From contig JBDRCN010000001.1 in the NCBI GenBank assembly GCA_043821705.1, positions 74,133 to 138,132 on the forward strand: a stretch of 64,000 nt of DNA, in the 5' to 3' direction. This stretch comes from Candidatus Omnitrophota bacterium. Its GTDB lineage: Bacteria; Omnitrophota; Gorgyraeia; Gorgyraeales; Gorgyraeaceae. Position numbers and translations under genes: made by a program. This document shows, one piece after another, positions 11,154-21,713 of the stretch. The notes under the pieces are model-generated. The model was not told where the DNA came from. It saw only the letters and a list, made by a program, of their open reading frames with translations, and made no database searches. The stretch's first letter is position 1. Each line of letters begins with the position of its first letter.

Positions 11154-12518
11154 ATGAGAGAGCAAGACCCAAAACAAAGAATAAAAAATTTTGATGAAGT
11201 TCCGTATGGATATAGTGAAGATGAAGCAATAAAAGAGGCTTCAAGATGCATACAATGTAAAAACCCACTCTGTGTCAAGGGATGTCCAGCTGAAATTGAT
11301 ATCCCTGCTTTTATAAAAGCTATAACTGACAAGAAGTTTTCAGATTCTATTTCAATTATAAAAAATACTAATAATTTACCAGCAGTTTGTGGAAGAGTAT
11401 GTCCACAAGAAGACCAGTGTGAAAAACTATGTATTCTTGGGAAAAAAGGAACACCTATTAATATTGGTAATCTAGAAAGGTTCGCTGCAGACTGGGAATT
11501 TAAAAATGCAACTGAAAAGAGATCTCCTGACAGCAAGAAAAATGATAAGAGTAAAAAGGTCGCTATTATAGGAGCTGGACCTGCGGGCCTCACATGTGCT
11601 GCAGATCTTGCAAAAATGGGATATGATGTAACTATTTTTGAGGCTCTTCATAAACCAGGTGGAGTGCTTACTTATGGGATACCTGAATTTCGTCTTCCAA
11701 AAGATATAGTGATGAAAGAAGTCGAAGAAATAAAAAAATTAGGCGTAGAAATAAAATATAATTATATTATCGGCAAGATAAAGACGGTAGATAAATTACG
11801 GGAAGAAGGATTTGAAGCATTTTTTATCTCTACTGGAGCAGGGCTGCCATACTTTATGGGAATTGAAGGGGAGCAGCTTAACGGTGTGTATTCTGCTAAT
11901 GAATTTCTAACACGCGTCAATCTAATGAAGGCTTATAGATTTCCAGAATATGATACACCTATAAATATAGGAGAGAATGTTGCTGTAGTCGGCGGTGGAA
12001 ATGTTGCTATGGATGCAGCTAGGTGTGCATTAAGGTTAGGGGCAAAGAAAGTGCATATTATTTACAGGCGCACAGAGAAAGAGATGCCTGCAAGGGTAGA
12101 TGAGGTACACCATGCCAAAGAAGAAGGAATTGAGTTCCATATTTTGACGAATCCTGTTAGAATAATAGGGGATGAGAAAGGCAGAGTAAATAAGATAGTC
12201 TGTATTAAGAACGAGCTTGGCGAACTAGATAAGAGTGGTAGAAGACGACCAGTGCCTATAGAGGGATCCGAGTTTGAGATGGATATGAACATAGCTATAA
12301 TTGCTATAGGCAATGGTTCTAACCCTCTTCTTTTAGACACTATACCTGGGCTTAATTTGACACGAAGAAAAAATATAGAGGCTGATGGTCAAGGCTCGAC
12401 CAATATAAAGGATATTTTTGCAGGCGGAGACATTGTTACAGGTGCTGCTACTGTTATTGCTGCTATGGGAGCAGGAAAGAACAGCGCTAAAGCTATTGAT
12501 AAATTTTTAAAAAGCTGA
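11154..12518 (+). CDS. glutamate synthase small-subunit family NADPH oxidoreductase (GltD/NfnB/SudA-like)
   Basis: Two N-terminal Fe-S cysteine clusters (CIQCKNPLCVKGCP ... CGRVCPQEDQCEKLC). Paired dinucleotide-binding motifs are present (IIGAGPAGLTCA, VVGGGNVAMD). Confidence 0.85.
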   Translation: MREQDPKQRIKNFDEVPYGYSEDEAIKEASRCIQCKNPLCVKGCPAEIDIPAFIKAITDKKFSDSISIIKNTNNLPAVCGRVCPQEDQCEKLCILGKKGTPINIGNLERFAADWEFKNATEKRSPDSKKNDKSKKVAIIGAGPAGLTCAADLAKMGYDVTIFEALHKPGGVLTYGIPEFRLPKDIVMKEVEEIKKLGVEIKYNYIIGKIKTVDKLREEGFEAFFISTGAGLPYFMGIEGEQLNGVYSANEFLTRVNLMKAYRFPEYDTPINIGENVAVVGGGNVAMDAARCALRLGAKKVHIIYRRTEKEMPARVDEVHHAKEEGIEFHILTNPVRIIGDEKGRVNKIVCIKNELGELDKSGRRRPVPIEGSEFEMDMNIAIIAIGNGSNPLLLDTIPGLNLTRRKNIEADGQGSTNIKDIFAGGDIVTGAATVIAAMGAGKNSAKAIDKFLKS

Positions 12519-12550
12519 TATATGGCTGATCAAAAATCGGAGAATTAATC

Positions 12551-13747
12551 ATGTCAAAAGAATTGATAAATAAAGCAAATGAAAAATTTAGTATTATTCT
12601 AGAAGAACAGTTTAAGCGTGTCGAAGAGATGAAAAAAGATACTTCAAGCACTGACTTTTCAAAGATATCCCCTATTATTATAGGTGTATGTTTTGGAGAT
12701 GGGATAGGAGAAGTGATCTCAAAGCATGCTGAGACAGTTTTAAGACATGTTCTAAAGGATGAAGTGGAAAGCGGAAAAGTTACATTTAAAGATATAAAAG
12801 GCCTTACCATAGAGAATAGAGCAGAGCATAAAAAAGCTATACCAGATGACGTGCTAGAAGAAATAAAATCATGCCATGTTATTCTAAAAGGACCGACTAC
12901 AACGCCTCAGGCAGGGGACAAATGGCCTAATATAGAGAGCGCTAATGTAGCAATGCGTAGATATCTGGATCTATTTGCAAATGTCAGGCCAGTAAGGATA
13001 CCAAGTGAAGGGATTGATTGGTGTTTCTTTAGAGAGAATACTGAAGGAGCTTATATTTTAGGTTCAAGAGGTATTGACGTATCAGAAGACATAAGTATTG
13101 ATTTTAAGGTTATCACAGAACAGGGAGCAGAGCGTATAATAAGGATGGCTTTTGAGTATGCTAAGACTAATAATATAGATCGCGTTACAGTAGTAACTAA
13201 ATCTAATATTGTAAAGACTACTGACGGGAGATTTTCAAAAGTAGCTTTTAGGATAGCAAAGGAATATCCTGGGGTAAAGCTTGATGAATGGTATATTGAT
13301 ATAATGACTGCAAAATTGCTTGATCCTGCTAGAAAAAAGGATTTTAAGGTAATGGTGCTTCCTAATCTGTATGGAGATATCTTGACTGATGAAGCAGCTC
13401 AACTTCAAGGAGGAGTGGGTACAGCTGGAAGTGCTAATATAGGCAAGAGATGGTCTATGTTCGAAGCTATACACGGTAGTGCCCCTAGGATGGTAAAAGA
13501 AGGAAGAGCAAAATTCGCTGATCCGTGCTCTATGATCCGTGCGAGTGCCATGCTTCTAAAGCATATAGGTTATCAAGAGCGTGCTGAAAAAGTAGAGATG
13601 GCTCTAGATATATGCGGCCAGTATGAAAAAAAGATGGCTATTACTGGAAGAGATACAGGTGTTACAGGAGCAGAATATACTAACTATGTTATATCATGGA
13701 TAGATAGTAAGGATCTTAGATCTCGATGGGAAAAAGGCCTTAATTAA
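12551..13747 (+). CDS. icd: isocitrate dehydrogenase (isocitrate/isopropylmalate dehydrogenase family; NADP-Icd most likely)
   Basis: Family signature NLYGDILTDEAAQLQGGVGTAGSANIG. 398 aa. It sits between NfnAB-like and gdhA. Confidence 0.6.
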   Translation: MSKELINKANEKFSIILEEQFKRVEEMKKDTSSTDFSKISPIIIGVCFGDGIGEVISKHAETVLRHVLKDEVESGKVTFKDIKGLTIENRAEHKKAIPDDVLEEIKSCHVILKGPTTTPQAGDKWPNIESANVAMRRYLDLFANVRPVRIPSEGIDWCFFRENTEGAYILGSRGIDVSEDISIDFKVITEQGAERIIRMAFEYAKTNNIDRVTVVTKSNIVKTTDGRFSKVAFRIAKEYPGVKLDEWYIDIMTAKLLDPARKKDFKVMVLPNLYGDILTDEAAQLQGGVGTAGSANIGKRWSMFEAIHGSAPRMVKEGRAKFADPCSMIRASAMLLKHIGYQERAEKVEMALDICGQYEKKMAITGRDTGVTGAEYTNYVISWIDSKDLRSRWEKGLN

Positions 13748-13773
13748 TAAAGAATAATTTTTCTTGACTCGTT

Positions 13774-13802
13774 TCCCATAAGCGTGGATAATATAAATAT
13801 AT
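13774..13802 (+). promoter_or_regulatory. sigma-70-like promoter (TTGACT-N17-GATAAT)
   Basis: Consensus-like -35 and -10 boxes with a 17-nt spacer. It lies upstream of a hairpin+T-run (13851-13886) and of gdhA. Confidence 0.5.
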
Positions 13803-13850
13803 AAATCTGATACAAAGGCGTATCAATATGAGGCGATGTATTAGGACAGA

Positions 13851-13886
13851 GGCGTTCTTAGTAAGCTAAGGACGCTTTTTTATTTT
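13851..13886 (+). terminator. hairpin + T-run (attenuator or terminator) in the gdhA leader
   Basis: GGCGTTCTTAG ... CTAAGGACGC stem followed by TTTTTTATTTT. Confidence 0.5.
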
Positions 13887-13919
13887 AACCTAAGGTGCAC
13901 ATACTTTGTGCAATAATAG

Positions 13920-15281
<1,362 letters not shown>

Positions 15282-15316
15282 AGAAAAAGTACATTATGTA
15301 TTGTGTTTATAAGATA

Positions 15317-15357
15317 AAAGAGGGAGGCGTTTTTAAGGTGCGTCTCCCTCTTTTATT
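15317..15357 (+). terminator. Rho-independent terminator after gdhA
   Basis: AAGAGGGAGGCG ... CGTCTCCCTCTT stem followed by TTTATT. Confidence 0.6.
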
Positions 15358-15425
15358 ATGCATTTACTAAGCATATTATTTATGCTATAATTGCATGGAT
15401 TTTGTGAAAAAAGAGGAGGGGATTT

Positions 15426-18272
15426 GTGCCAAAGATAAAGGATATCAATAAAGTTTTGATAATAGGCTCTGGCCCGATCGTTATAGGCCAGGCATGTGAA
15501 TTTGATTATTCAGGTACTCAGGCTTGTAAAGCACTAAGGGCAGCTGGCTATGAAATAGTACTTGTCAATTCAAACCCAGCGACTATTATGACTGATCCAG
15601 GGATGGCAGATGTGACATACATCGAACCTCTTAATATAGAAAGACTTACCTCTATTATTGAAAAAGAAAGACCCGATGCGCTTTTACCTAATCTAGGCGG
15701 GCAGACAGGGCTTAATTTATCCAGTGAACTTGCTAAAAAAGGCGTACTTGAAAAATATAATGTAAGAATAATAGGCGTACAAGCTGATGCTATTGAAAGA
15801 GGAGAAGATCGCTTAGCATTTAAAGAAACAATGAAGTCTTTGGATATTCCTATGCCGACGAGTGAATTGGCATACTCTGTAGAAGAAGCTAAAGAGATAG
15901 CAAAGAAAATAGGATATCCTATTATTATCAGGCCTGCATATACTATGGGAGGAACAGGCGGAGGAGCAGTATATAATGAGGAAGAATTAGAAGTAATTGC
16001 CGCGAGAGGCATTTCAGTAAGTCTTATTGGACAGATATTGGTCGAACAATCTGTTCTAGGATGGGAAGAATTAGAGCTTGAGGTAGTTAGAGACAGGGAT
16101 TCTAATAAGATCACGGTCTGTTTTATTGAAAATATCGATCCTATGGGCGTACACACAGGAGATAGTTTTTGTTCAGCGCCTATGCTTACAGTAGACCCTA
16201 AAATACAGAAAAAACTCCAGGATTATTCTTACAAGATAGTGGATGCAATAGGTGTTATTGGCGGGACGAATGTCCAATTTGCGCATAATCCTGACAATCA
16301 TGATATTGTTGTCATCGAGATCAACCCTAGGACATCCCGTTCTTCAGCTCTTGCATCAAAAGCCACAGGATTTCCTATTGCTTATGTCTCTTCTAGGCTT
16401 GCAGGAGGAGATCTATTAAGAGATATACCTTACTGGAGGGATGGGACCTTAGATAAATATACTCCTTCAGGAGAATATGTTGTTATTAAATTTTCAAGAT
16501 GGGCATTTGAAAAATTCCGCAATATAGAGGATAAGCTTGGTACTCAGATGAGAGCAGTGGGTGAAGTTATGAGCATAGGCAAGACCTATAAAGAAGCGTT
16601 TCAAAAGGCAATAAGGAGCCTTGAGATAACTCGCTATGGGCTGGGTTTTGCCAAGAATTTCAATCAACTATCATTAGAAGAACTTAAAAAACTTTTAGCG
16701 CATCCTTCTTCAGAGAGACAGTTTATTATGTACGAAGCACTTCGTAAAGGCATGAGCGTGGATGAGCTGTATGATAAGACCAGGATACATAGATATTTCA
16801 TTACCCAGATGAAGGAACTAGTAGAGCTCGAAGAGAAGATCTTGAAACATAAATGGAAGGATCTTCCAGATGAACTCTTTATAAGGGCAAAGGAAGATGG
16901 GTTTTCAGATAAATATATTGCACAACTATTAAAGGCGCCTGAAGAAGAAGTCAGATCAAAACGCCTTAAGCTCGGGAAAGAAGAAGCATGGGAAGCTGTT
17001 CCAGTGAGTGGAGCAGATGCAGCGTATTACTACTCTACTTATAATGCGCCTGATAGTGTAAAGGTGAGCTCTAATCCACAAAAGATCATGATATTAGGCG
17101 GTGGGCCAAATAGGATAGGACAGGGTATAGAGTTTGATTACTGTTGCTGTCATGCAGCATACGCATTGAGAGACATGCAGTATGAAAGCATAATGATAAA
17201 TTGCAATCCTGAGACAGTATCTACTGATTACGATACATCAAATAAACTTTATTTTGAACCTTTGACAGTAGAGGATGTCTTGAGTATCTATAATAAAGAA
17301 AAACCGTTAGGAGCGATCGTCCAATTCGGGGGCCAGACTCCTTTAAATCTAGCAAAAGAATTAGAAAAAGCAGGCGTAAAGATACTTGGTACTTCCACTG
17401 AAAGCATAGATCTGGCTGAAGATAGAGAGAGATTTAGCAAAGAGATGAAAAAGCTTGGGATACTCCAGCCAGAAAGTGATATGGCAAGTACTGTAGAACA
17501 AGCGCTGAAGATAGCAAGCAAGATAGGCTACCCTCTTATCGTAAGGCCTAGTTATGTATTAGGTGGCAGGGCAATGGAGATAGTCTATGATGAAAATATG
17601 CTCCTTGATTATGTAAAAAAGGCAGTGGATGTTTCTCCGGATCGCCCGATCTTGATAGATAAGTTCTTAGAGGATGCATTAGAGGCTGAAGCTGATGCTA
17701 TTTCAGACGGAGAAGAGGTTTTTATACCTTCGGTGATGCAACATATAGAAGAAGCAGGAGTCCACTCAGGGGATTCAGCATGTGTGATCCCACCTACTTC
17801 CATACCTAAGAAGCATCTGGATACGATCAATGATTATACTGAAAAGATCGCAAAGGCATTAAAGGTAGTAGGCTTAATGAATATACAATATGCTATTGCA
17901 AATGATCTAGTATATGTGCTCGAAGCAAATCCCAGAGCATCCCGTACTGTCCCTATTGTTTCAAAGGTATGCGGTTTATCAATGGCAAGGATCGCAACAG
18001 AACTCATGCTCGGTAAAAAACTAAAAGATATGAAGTTAAAGAAGAAGAAATATTCCCATTACGGCGTGAAAGAATCAGTATTTCCTTTTTATATGTTCCA
18101 AGAAGTAGACCCTCTTTTAGGGCCTGAGATGCGTTCAACAGGTGAAGTCTTAGGCATAGCTGATTCTATGGGCCTAGCATATTTTAAAGCTCAAGAAGCT
18201 GCAGGAGCAAAGCTTCCTACGAGCGGTACAGTTTTGGTAACAGTTGCTGCAAGGATAAGAAAAAAACAATAG
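15426..18272 (+). CDS. second carbamoyl-phosphate synthase large-subunit paralog (no adjacent small subunit); reading frame breaks near the 3' end
   Basis: 948 aa with a full CarB architecture ([26 protein letters not shown] ... both ATP-grasp halves). It is ~55% identical to carB at 3995. The ORF ends in RKKQ* at an A7 run, and the CarB C-terminal MGS-like domain continues in another frame (see next feature). Confidence 0.85.
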   Translation: MPKIKDINKVLIIGSGPIVIGQACEFDYSGTQACKALRAAGYEIVLVNSNPATIMTDPGMADVTYIEPLNIERLTSIIEKERPDALLPNLGGQTGLNLSSELAKKGVLEKYNVRIIGVQADAIERGEDRLAFKETMKSLDIPMPTSELAYSVEEAKEIAKKIGYPIIIRPAYTMGGTGGGAVYNEEELEVIAARGISVSLIGQILVEQSVLGWEELELEVVRDRDSNKITVCFIENIDPMGVHTGDSFCSAPMLTVDPKIQKKLQDYSYKIVDAIGVIGGTNVQFAHNPDNHDIVVIEINPRTSRSSALASKATGFPIAYVSSRLAGGDLLRDIPYWRDGTLDKYTPSGEYVVIKFSRWAFEKFRNIEDKLGTQMRAVGEVMSIGKTYKEAFQKAIRSLEITRYGLGFAKNFNQLSLEELKKLLAHPSSERQFIMYEALRKGMSVDELYDKTRIHRYFITQMKELVELEEKILKHKWKDLPDELFIRAKEDGFSDKYIAQLLKAPEEEVRSKRLKLGKEEAWEAVPVSGADAAYYYSTYNAPDSVKVSSNPQKIMILGGGPNRIGQGIEFDYCCCHAAYALRDMQYESIMINCNPETVSTDYDTSNKLYFEPLTVEDVLSIYNKEKPLGAIVQFGGQTPLNLAKELEKAGVKILGTSTESIDLAEDRERFSKEMKKLGILQPESDMASTVEQALKIASKIGYPLIVRPSYVLGGRAMEIVYDENMLLDYVKKAVDVSPDRPILIDKFLEDALEAEADAISDGEEVFIPSVMQHIEEAGVHSGDSACVIPPTSIPKKHLDTINDYTEKIAKALKVVGLMNIQYAIANDLVYVLEANPRASRTVPIVSKVCGLSMARIATELMLGKKLKDMKLKKKKYSHYGVKESVFPFYMFQEVDPLLGPEMRSTGEVLGIADSMGLAYFKAQEAAGAKLPTSGTVLVTVAARIRKKQ

Positions 18273-18628
18273 TCGAAGCAGTTAAAAGACTAAAGGAACT
18301 TGGTTTTAAGATTGTAGCTACATCTGGCACAAAAGCTTTTTTAGATAAGAATAAGATCGTATGTGAAGAGATAAAAAAGATGCACGAAGGCAGGCCGAAT
18401 ATAGTAGATTCAATAAATAATAAAGAGATACAGCTTATAATAAATACGCCAGTTGGAAAAACTGCAGCACATGATGATTCTTATATTAGAAAAAGTGCGA
18501 TAAAGTATAAATTGCCTTATATCACCACTCCAGCAGCAGCATTAGCAGCAGCAGAAGGTATAGCTTCATATATTAAAAATAAAGGGGATGTTAAGTCTCT
18601 ACAGAAGTATCACAGCGAGATAACATAA
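18251..18628 (+). CDS. C-terminal MGS-like domain of the carB paralog, in -1 frame relative to 15426..18272
   Basis: The phase-2 translation KDKKKTIVEAVKRLKELGFKIVATSGT...GKTAAHDDSYIRKSAIKYKLPYITT aligns with carB1 residues [27 protein letters not shown]...PCITT. The six-frame track only reports the ORF from the internal Met at 18380. Confidence 0.75.
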   Translation, partial: KDKKKTIVEAVKRLKELGFKIVATSGTKAFLDKNKIVCEEIKKMHEGRPNIVDSINNKEIQLIINTPVGKTAAHDDSYIRKSAIKYKLPYITTPAAALAAAEGIASYIKNKGDVKSLQKYHSEIT

Positions 18629-20163
18629 TGTTTAAAAGAGTTGTCACACAGAAAAAAGCATTTGATAATGAAAAGTATCTGAAAGAACAGACCCAAGAGA
18701 TCCTATCTAGAGTCAAAAAATTCGACAATAAACTTTATCTAGAGTTTGGCGGAAAGATATGCTTTGATTATCATGCTGCAAGAGTCCTTCCAGGCTATGA
18801 TCCAAATGTTAAGATGAGGCTCTTGGAGAAATTAAAAAAACATGCTGAGATCGTAGTAAGTGTTTATGCTAAGGACATAGAACAAGGCAGGGTGAGAGGC
18901 GATTATGGTATAACATATGACCTTGCGACCCTTAAACTCATCGATGACCTGAAAGCATGGGGCCTTGACGTCACATCAGTGGTATTGACAAGATTCAACA
19001 ATGAACCGTCAGTAGTAAAATTTAAGAGGCGCCTTGAAAAATTAGGCCTAAAGGTATATAAACATGTGAAGATAGAAGGTTATCCTCACGACGTAGAAAA
19101 AATAGTTTCTTCGAGCGGGTATGGGAAGAATGATTATATTGAGACAAAGAAGCCTATAGTAGTAGTAACTGCTCCTGGCCCGGGAAGCGGAAAACTTTCA
19201 ACTTGTCTTTCACAACTCTATCATGACCATAAAAAAGGCATAAATTCAGGCTATGCTAAGTTTGAGACATTCCCTATCTGGAATCTTACACTTAACCATC
19301 CAGTGAATATTGCATATGAAGCTGCGACAGTAGATCTAGCTGATTTTAATCTTGTCGATCCATTTCACCTGGAAAAGTATAAAAAAGAATCTATAAATTA
19401 TAATCGTGATGTAGAGGCATTCCCTATTCTAAAAAACATAATCCATAAAATAACAGATTCAAAAGATAGTTATTATAATTCTCCGACTGACATGGGGGTC
19501 AATAGGGCTGGTTTTGGGATAGTAAAAGATAAATTGGCCAAGGAGGCTGCTAGACAAGAGATCATTCGCAGGTATTTTAGGCATAACCTGGAATTTGCCA
19601 TAGGAAGCGGCACAAAAGAAGAATTGGAAAGGGCCCAGTCCATTATGGATAAGACTGGAGTAAAAGCAGAAGATAGGTCGACAGTAGAGCCTGCGAGAAA
19701 AGCAGCTAAGGAGTGCGAGAAAAAAGGAAAAGGCAATAAGGGTTATTTCTGCGGAGCTAGTATAGAGCTAGATGATGGCACGATCATTACCGGGAAGAAC
19801 TCACCTTTAATGCATGCAGCATCCAGCGCTATAATAAATGCAATAAAACATCTTGCTGGCATAGATGATAAAGTGCATATCCTTAAACCAGAGATAATGA
19901 GCGACCTTTCAAAATTAAAAAAAGATATCTTGAGCATGACCAGCGAGAGCTTAAATCTCGACGAGATCTTGGTCGCTCTCTCTATAAGTGCGCATTCAGA
20001 TTCAAATGCAAAAAAGGCTTTGTCAAAACTTAAAGATCTAAGTGGTTGTGAACTTCATAGTACGCATTTACCCACCCCAGGTGATGAGGCAGGCTTAAGA
20101 AAATTAGGGATAAATTTTACTACTGATGCAATACCTTCATCCAGTTTGTTTTTTAACGCCTAG
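18628..20163 (+). CDS. DUF1846 / UPF0371-family protein (function unknown)
   Basis: 511 aa. The N-terminal region (LYLEFGGKI.FDYHAARVLPGYDP) resembles the UPF0371 family as I recall it. Its start codon overlaps the stop of the carB-paralog C-terminal fragment (ATAATG). Confidence 0.45.
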   Translation: MFKRVVTQKKAFDNEKYLKEQTQEILSRVKKFDNKLYLEFGGKICFDYHAARVLPGYDPNVKMRLLEKLKKHAEIVVSVYAKDIEQGRVRGDYGITYDLATLKLIDDLKAWGLDVTSVVLTRFNNEPSVVKFKRRLEKLGLKVYKHVKIEGYPHDVEKIVSSSGYGKNDYIETKKPIVVVTAPGPGSGKLSTCLSQLYHDHKKGINSGYAKFETFPIWNLTLNHPVNIAYEAATVDLADFNLVDPFHLEKYKKESINYNRDVEAFPILKNIIHKITDSKDSYYNSPTDMGVNRAGFGIVKDKLAKEAARQEIIRRYFRHNLEFAIGSGTKEELERAQSIMDKTGVKAEDRSTVEPARKAAKECEKKGKGNKGYFCGASIELDDGTIITGKNSPLMHAASSAIINAIKHLAGIDDKVHILKPEIMSDLSKLKKDILSMTSESLNLDEILVALSISAHSDSNAKKALSKLKDLSGCELHSTHLPTPGDEAGLRKLGINFTTDAIPSSSLFFNA

Positions 20164-20183
20164 ATTATAGAAAGGAAATTATT

Positions 20184-21632
20184 ATGAGTGGAGTATTTGG
20201 GGCAGTATCTAAAAAATCTTGTTCAGAGGACCTTTTTTACGGCATTGATTATCAGACACATCTTGGTACACAGTATGGAGGCGTAGCGGTACTCCATGAT
20301 AAAAGGATATATAGGCAGATCCATGATATATCGCAATCCCAGTTTAAATCAAAGTTCTATGATGATTATAAAAAATTAAATGGAAAATTTGGCATAGGCG
20401 TGATAAGTGATTCAGATGCGCAACCCATGTTTTTAAACACAAAGTTTGGTTCTTTTGCAGTGTGTATGACAGGGCTTATCGAGAACACAAAAGAATTGAC
20501 AAAAGAACTGCATAGGGGAGGCCACTCTTTTAGTGAAACAGAAGATGGTTCTATGAATTCTGTAGAGGTCATCGCTAAGCTTATAAGTACGGGGAGTGAT
20601 ATTGTAAGTGGGATAGAAGAGGTTTTCAGCAAGATCGTAGGCTCATGTTCTTTATTGGTCCTTTGTAAGGACGGCATATATGCTGCAAGAGATAGATTTG
20701 GTTATACTCCTTTGGTGATAGGTAAAAAAGGAGATGATTATGCTGTAGCTTCAGAGACATGCGCTTTTCCTAACACTGGCTTCAAGATACATAAATATAT
20801 ATTGCCAGGGGAGATCGTCTTAATAAATGAAAAAGGCATTAAACAGGTAAGAGGAGCGAAAGGCACAAACCAGATCTGTTCTTTTCTTTGGATATACACA
20901 GGATTCCCAGCTTCTACTTATGAGGATATAAATGTAGAGGTCGTAAGAGAGAGATGCGGAGCATCATTGGCAAAGAGGGATAAAGATATAGAAGTGGACG
21001 TAGTATCAGGAGTCCCTGATTCAGGGGTTGCTCATGCGATAGGTTATGCAATGGAGTCTAAAAAACCTTACAGGAGGCCTTTAGTAAAATATACACCAGG
21101 TTATGGAAGAAGTTATACTCCCCCAGTACAGGAGATAAGAGATCATATAGCTAAGATGAAGCTCATTCCTATAAAAGATGTTATAAACGGAAATAGAATA
21201 GTAGTCTGTGAGGATTCTATTGTAAGAGGTACGCAGCTAAAAAACTTTACTGTACAAAAACTTTATGAGAATGGCGCGAAAGAGATACATGTGAGACCAG
21301 CTTGTCCACCACTTATGTATCCATGTAAGTTCTGTCTATCTACAAGAAGCATAGATGAGCTCGCAGCTCGTAAAGCAATAAAAGATATTGAAGGAAAAGA
21401 TATAGAAGATGTCTCTAAATATGTGGATCCAACAACTGAAGAGTATAAAAAGATGGTTGAGTGGATAAGAAAGGACATCGGGGTCACAACGCTACGCTAT
21501 CAGATACTAGATGATATGATCACTGCTATAGGCCTGCCGCGCGAAAAACTTTGCACTTACTGTTGGAACGGCGAATGCCTGGCAAAAGGAAACCTAAAGG
21601 AAGAGAAGATAGCAGAGACTTCTACTCTTTAA
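20184..21632 (+). CDS. PurF-like amidophosphoribosyltransferase paralog with degenerate glutaminase site
   Basis: Collinear with purF. The PRTase motifs (VVCEDSIVRGTQ, VPDSG) and the Fe-S cysteines (CPPLMYPC, CTYCWNGEC) are conserved. The N-terminal nucleophile is Ser (MSGVFG). The purF HRG Arg is replaced by HLG, and the HNGNL Asn by MTGLI. Confidence 0.8.
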   Translation: MSGVFGAVSKKSCSEDLFYGIDYQTHLGTQYGGVAVLHDKRIYRQIHDISQSQFKSKFYDDYKKLNGKFGIGVISDSDAQPMFLNTKFGSFAVCMTGLIENTKELTKELHRGGHSFSETEDGSMNSVEVIAKLISTGSDIVSGIEEVFSKIVGSCSLLVLCKDGIYAARDRFGYTPLVIGKKGDDYAVASETCAFPNTGFKIHKYILPGEIVLINEKGIKQVRGAKGTNQICSFLWIYTGFPASTYEDINVEVVRERCGASLAKRDKDIEVDVVSGVPDSGVAHAIGYAMESKKPYRRPLVKYTPGYGRSYTPPVQEIRDHIAKMKLIPIKDVINGNRIVVCEDSIVRGTQLKNFTVQKLYENGAKEIHVRPACPPLMYPCKFCLSTRSIDELAARKAIKDIEGKDIEDVSKYVDPTTEEYKKMVEWIRKDIGVTTLRYQILDDMITAIGLPREKLCTYCWNGECLAKGNLKEEKIAETSTL

Positions 21633-21643
21633 AACGATCAGCG

Positions 21644-21691
21644 AATAGGGACGGTTTTTAGTTTTACCTAAAGAACCGTCCCTATTTTTTT
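21644..21691 (+). terminator. Rho-independent terminator after the purF-like gene
   Basis: 13-bp stem AATAGGGACGGTT ... AACCGTCCCTATT followed by T7. Confidence 0.7.
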
Positions 21692-21713
21692 GGAAATCTG
21701 ATATAATATACAT

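Noticed and set aside
15548-16156. 202-aa antisense ORF inside the carB paralog (and similar antisense ORFs listed in the six-frame track)
   Set aside because: The same class of antisense ORFs also overlaps carB, gdhA, rpsB, the histidine kinase and eda. All are antisense to strongly conserved coding sequence and lack RBS or homology. They are typical spurious ORFs.
18260-18266. Asserting programmed -1 ribosomal frameshifting at the A_AAA_AAA heptamer
   Set aside because: Homology (KDKKK aligning with carB1 EDKRN) places the frame switch at or slightly upstream of the heptamer. A simple 1-nt indel or homopolymer sequencing error explains it equally well. It is kept only as a possibility in the findings.
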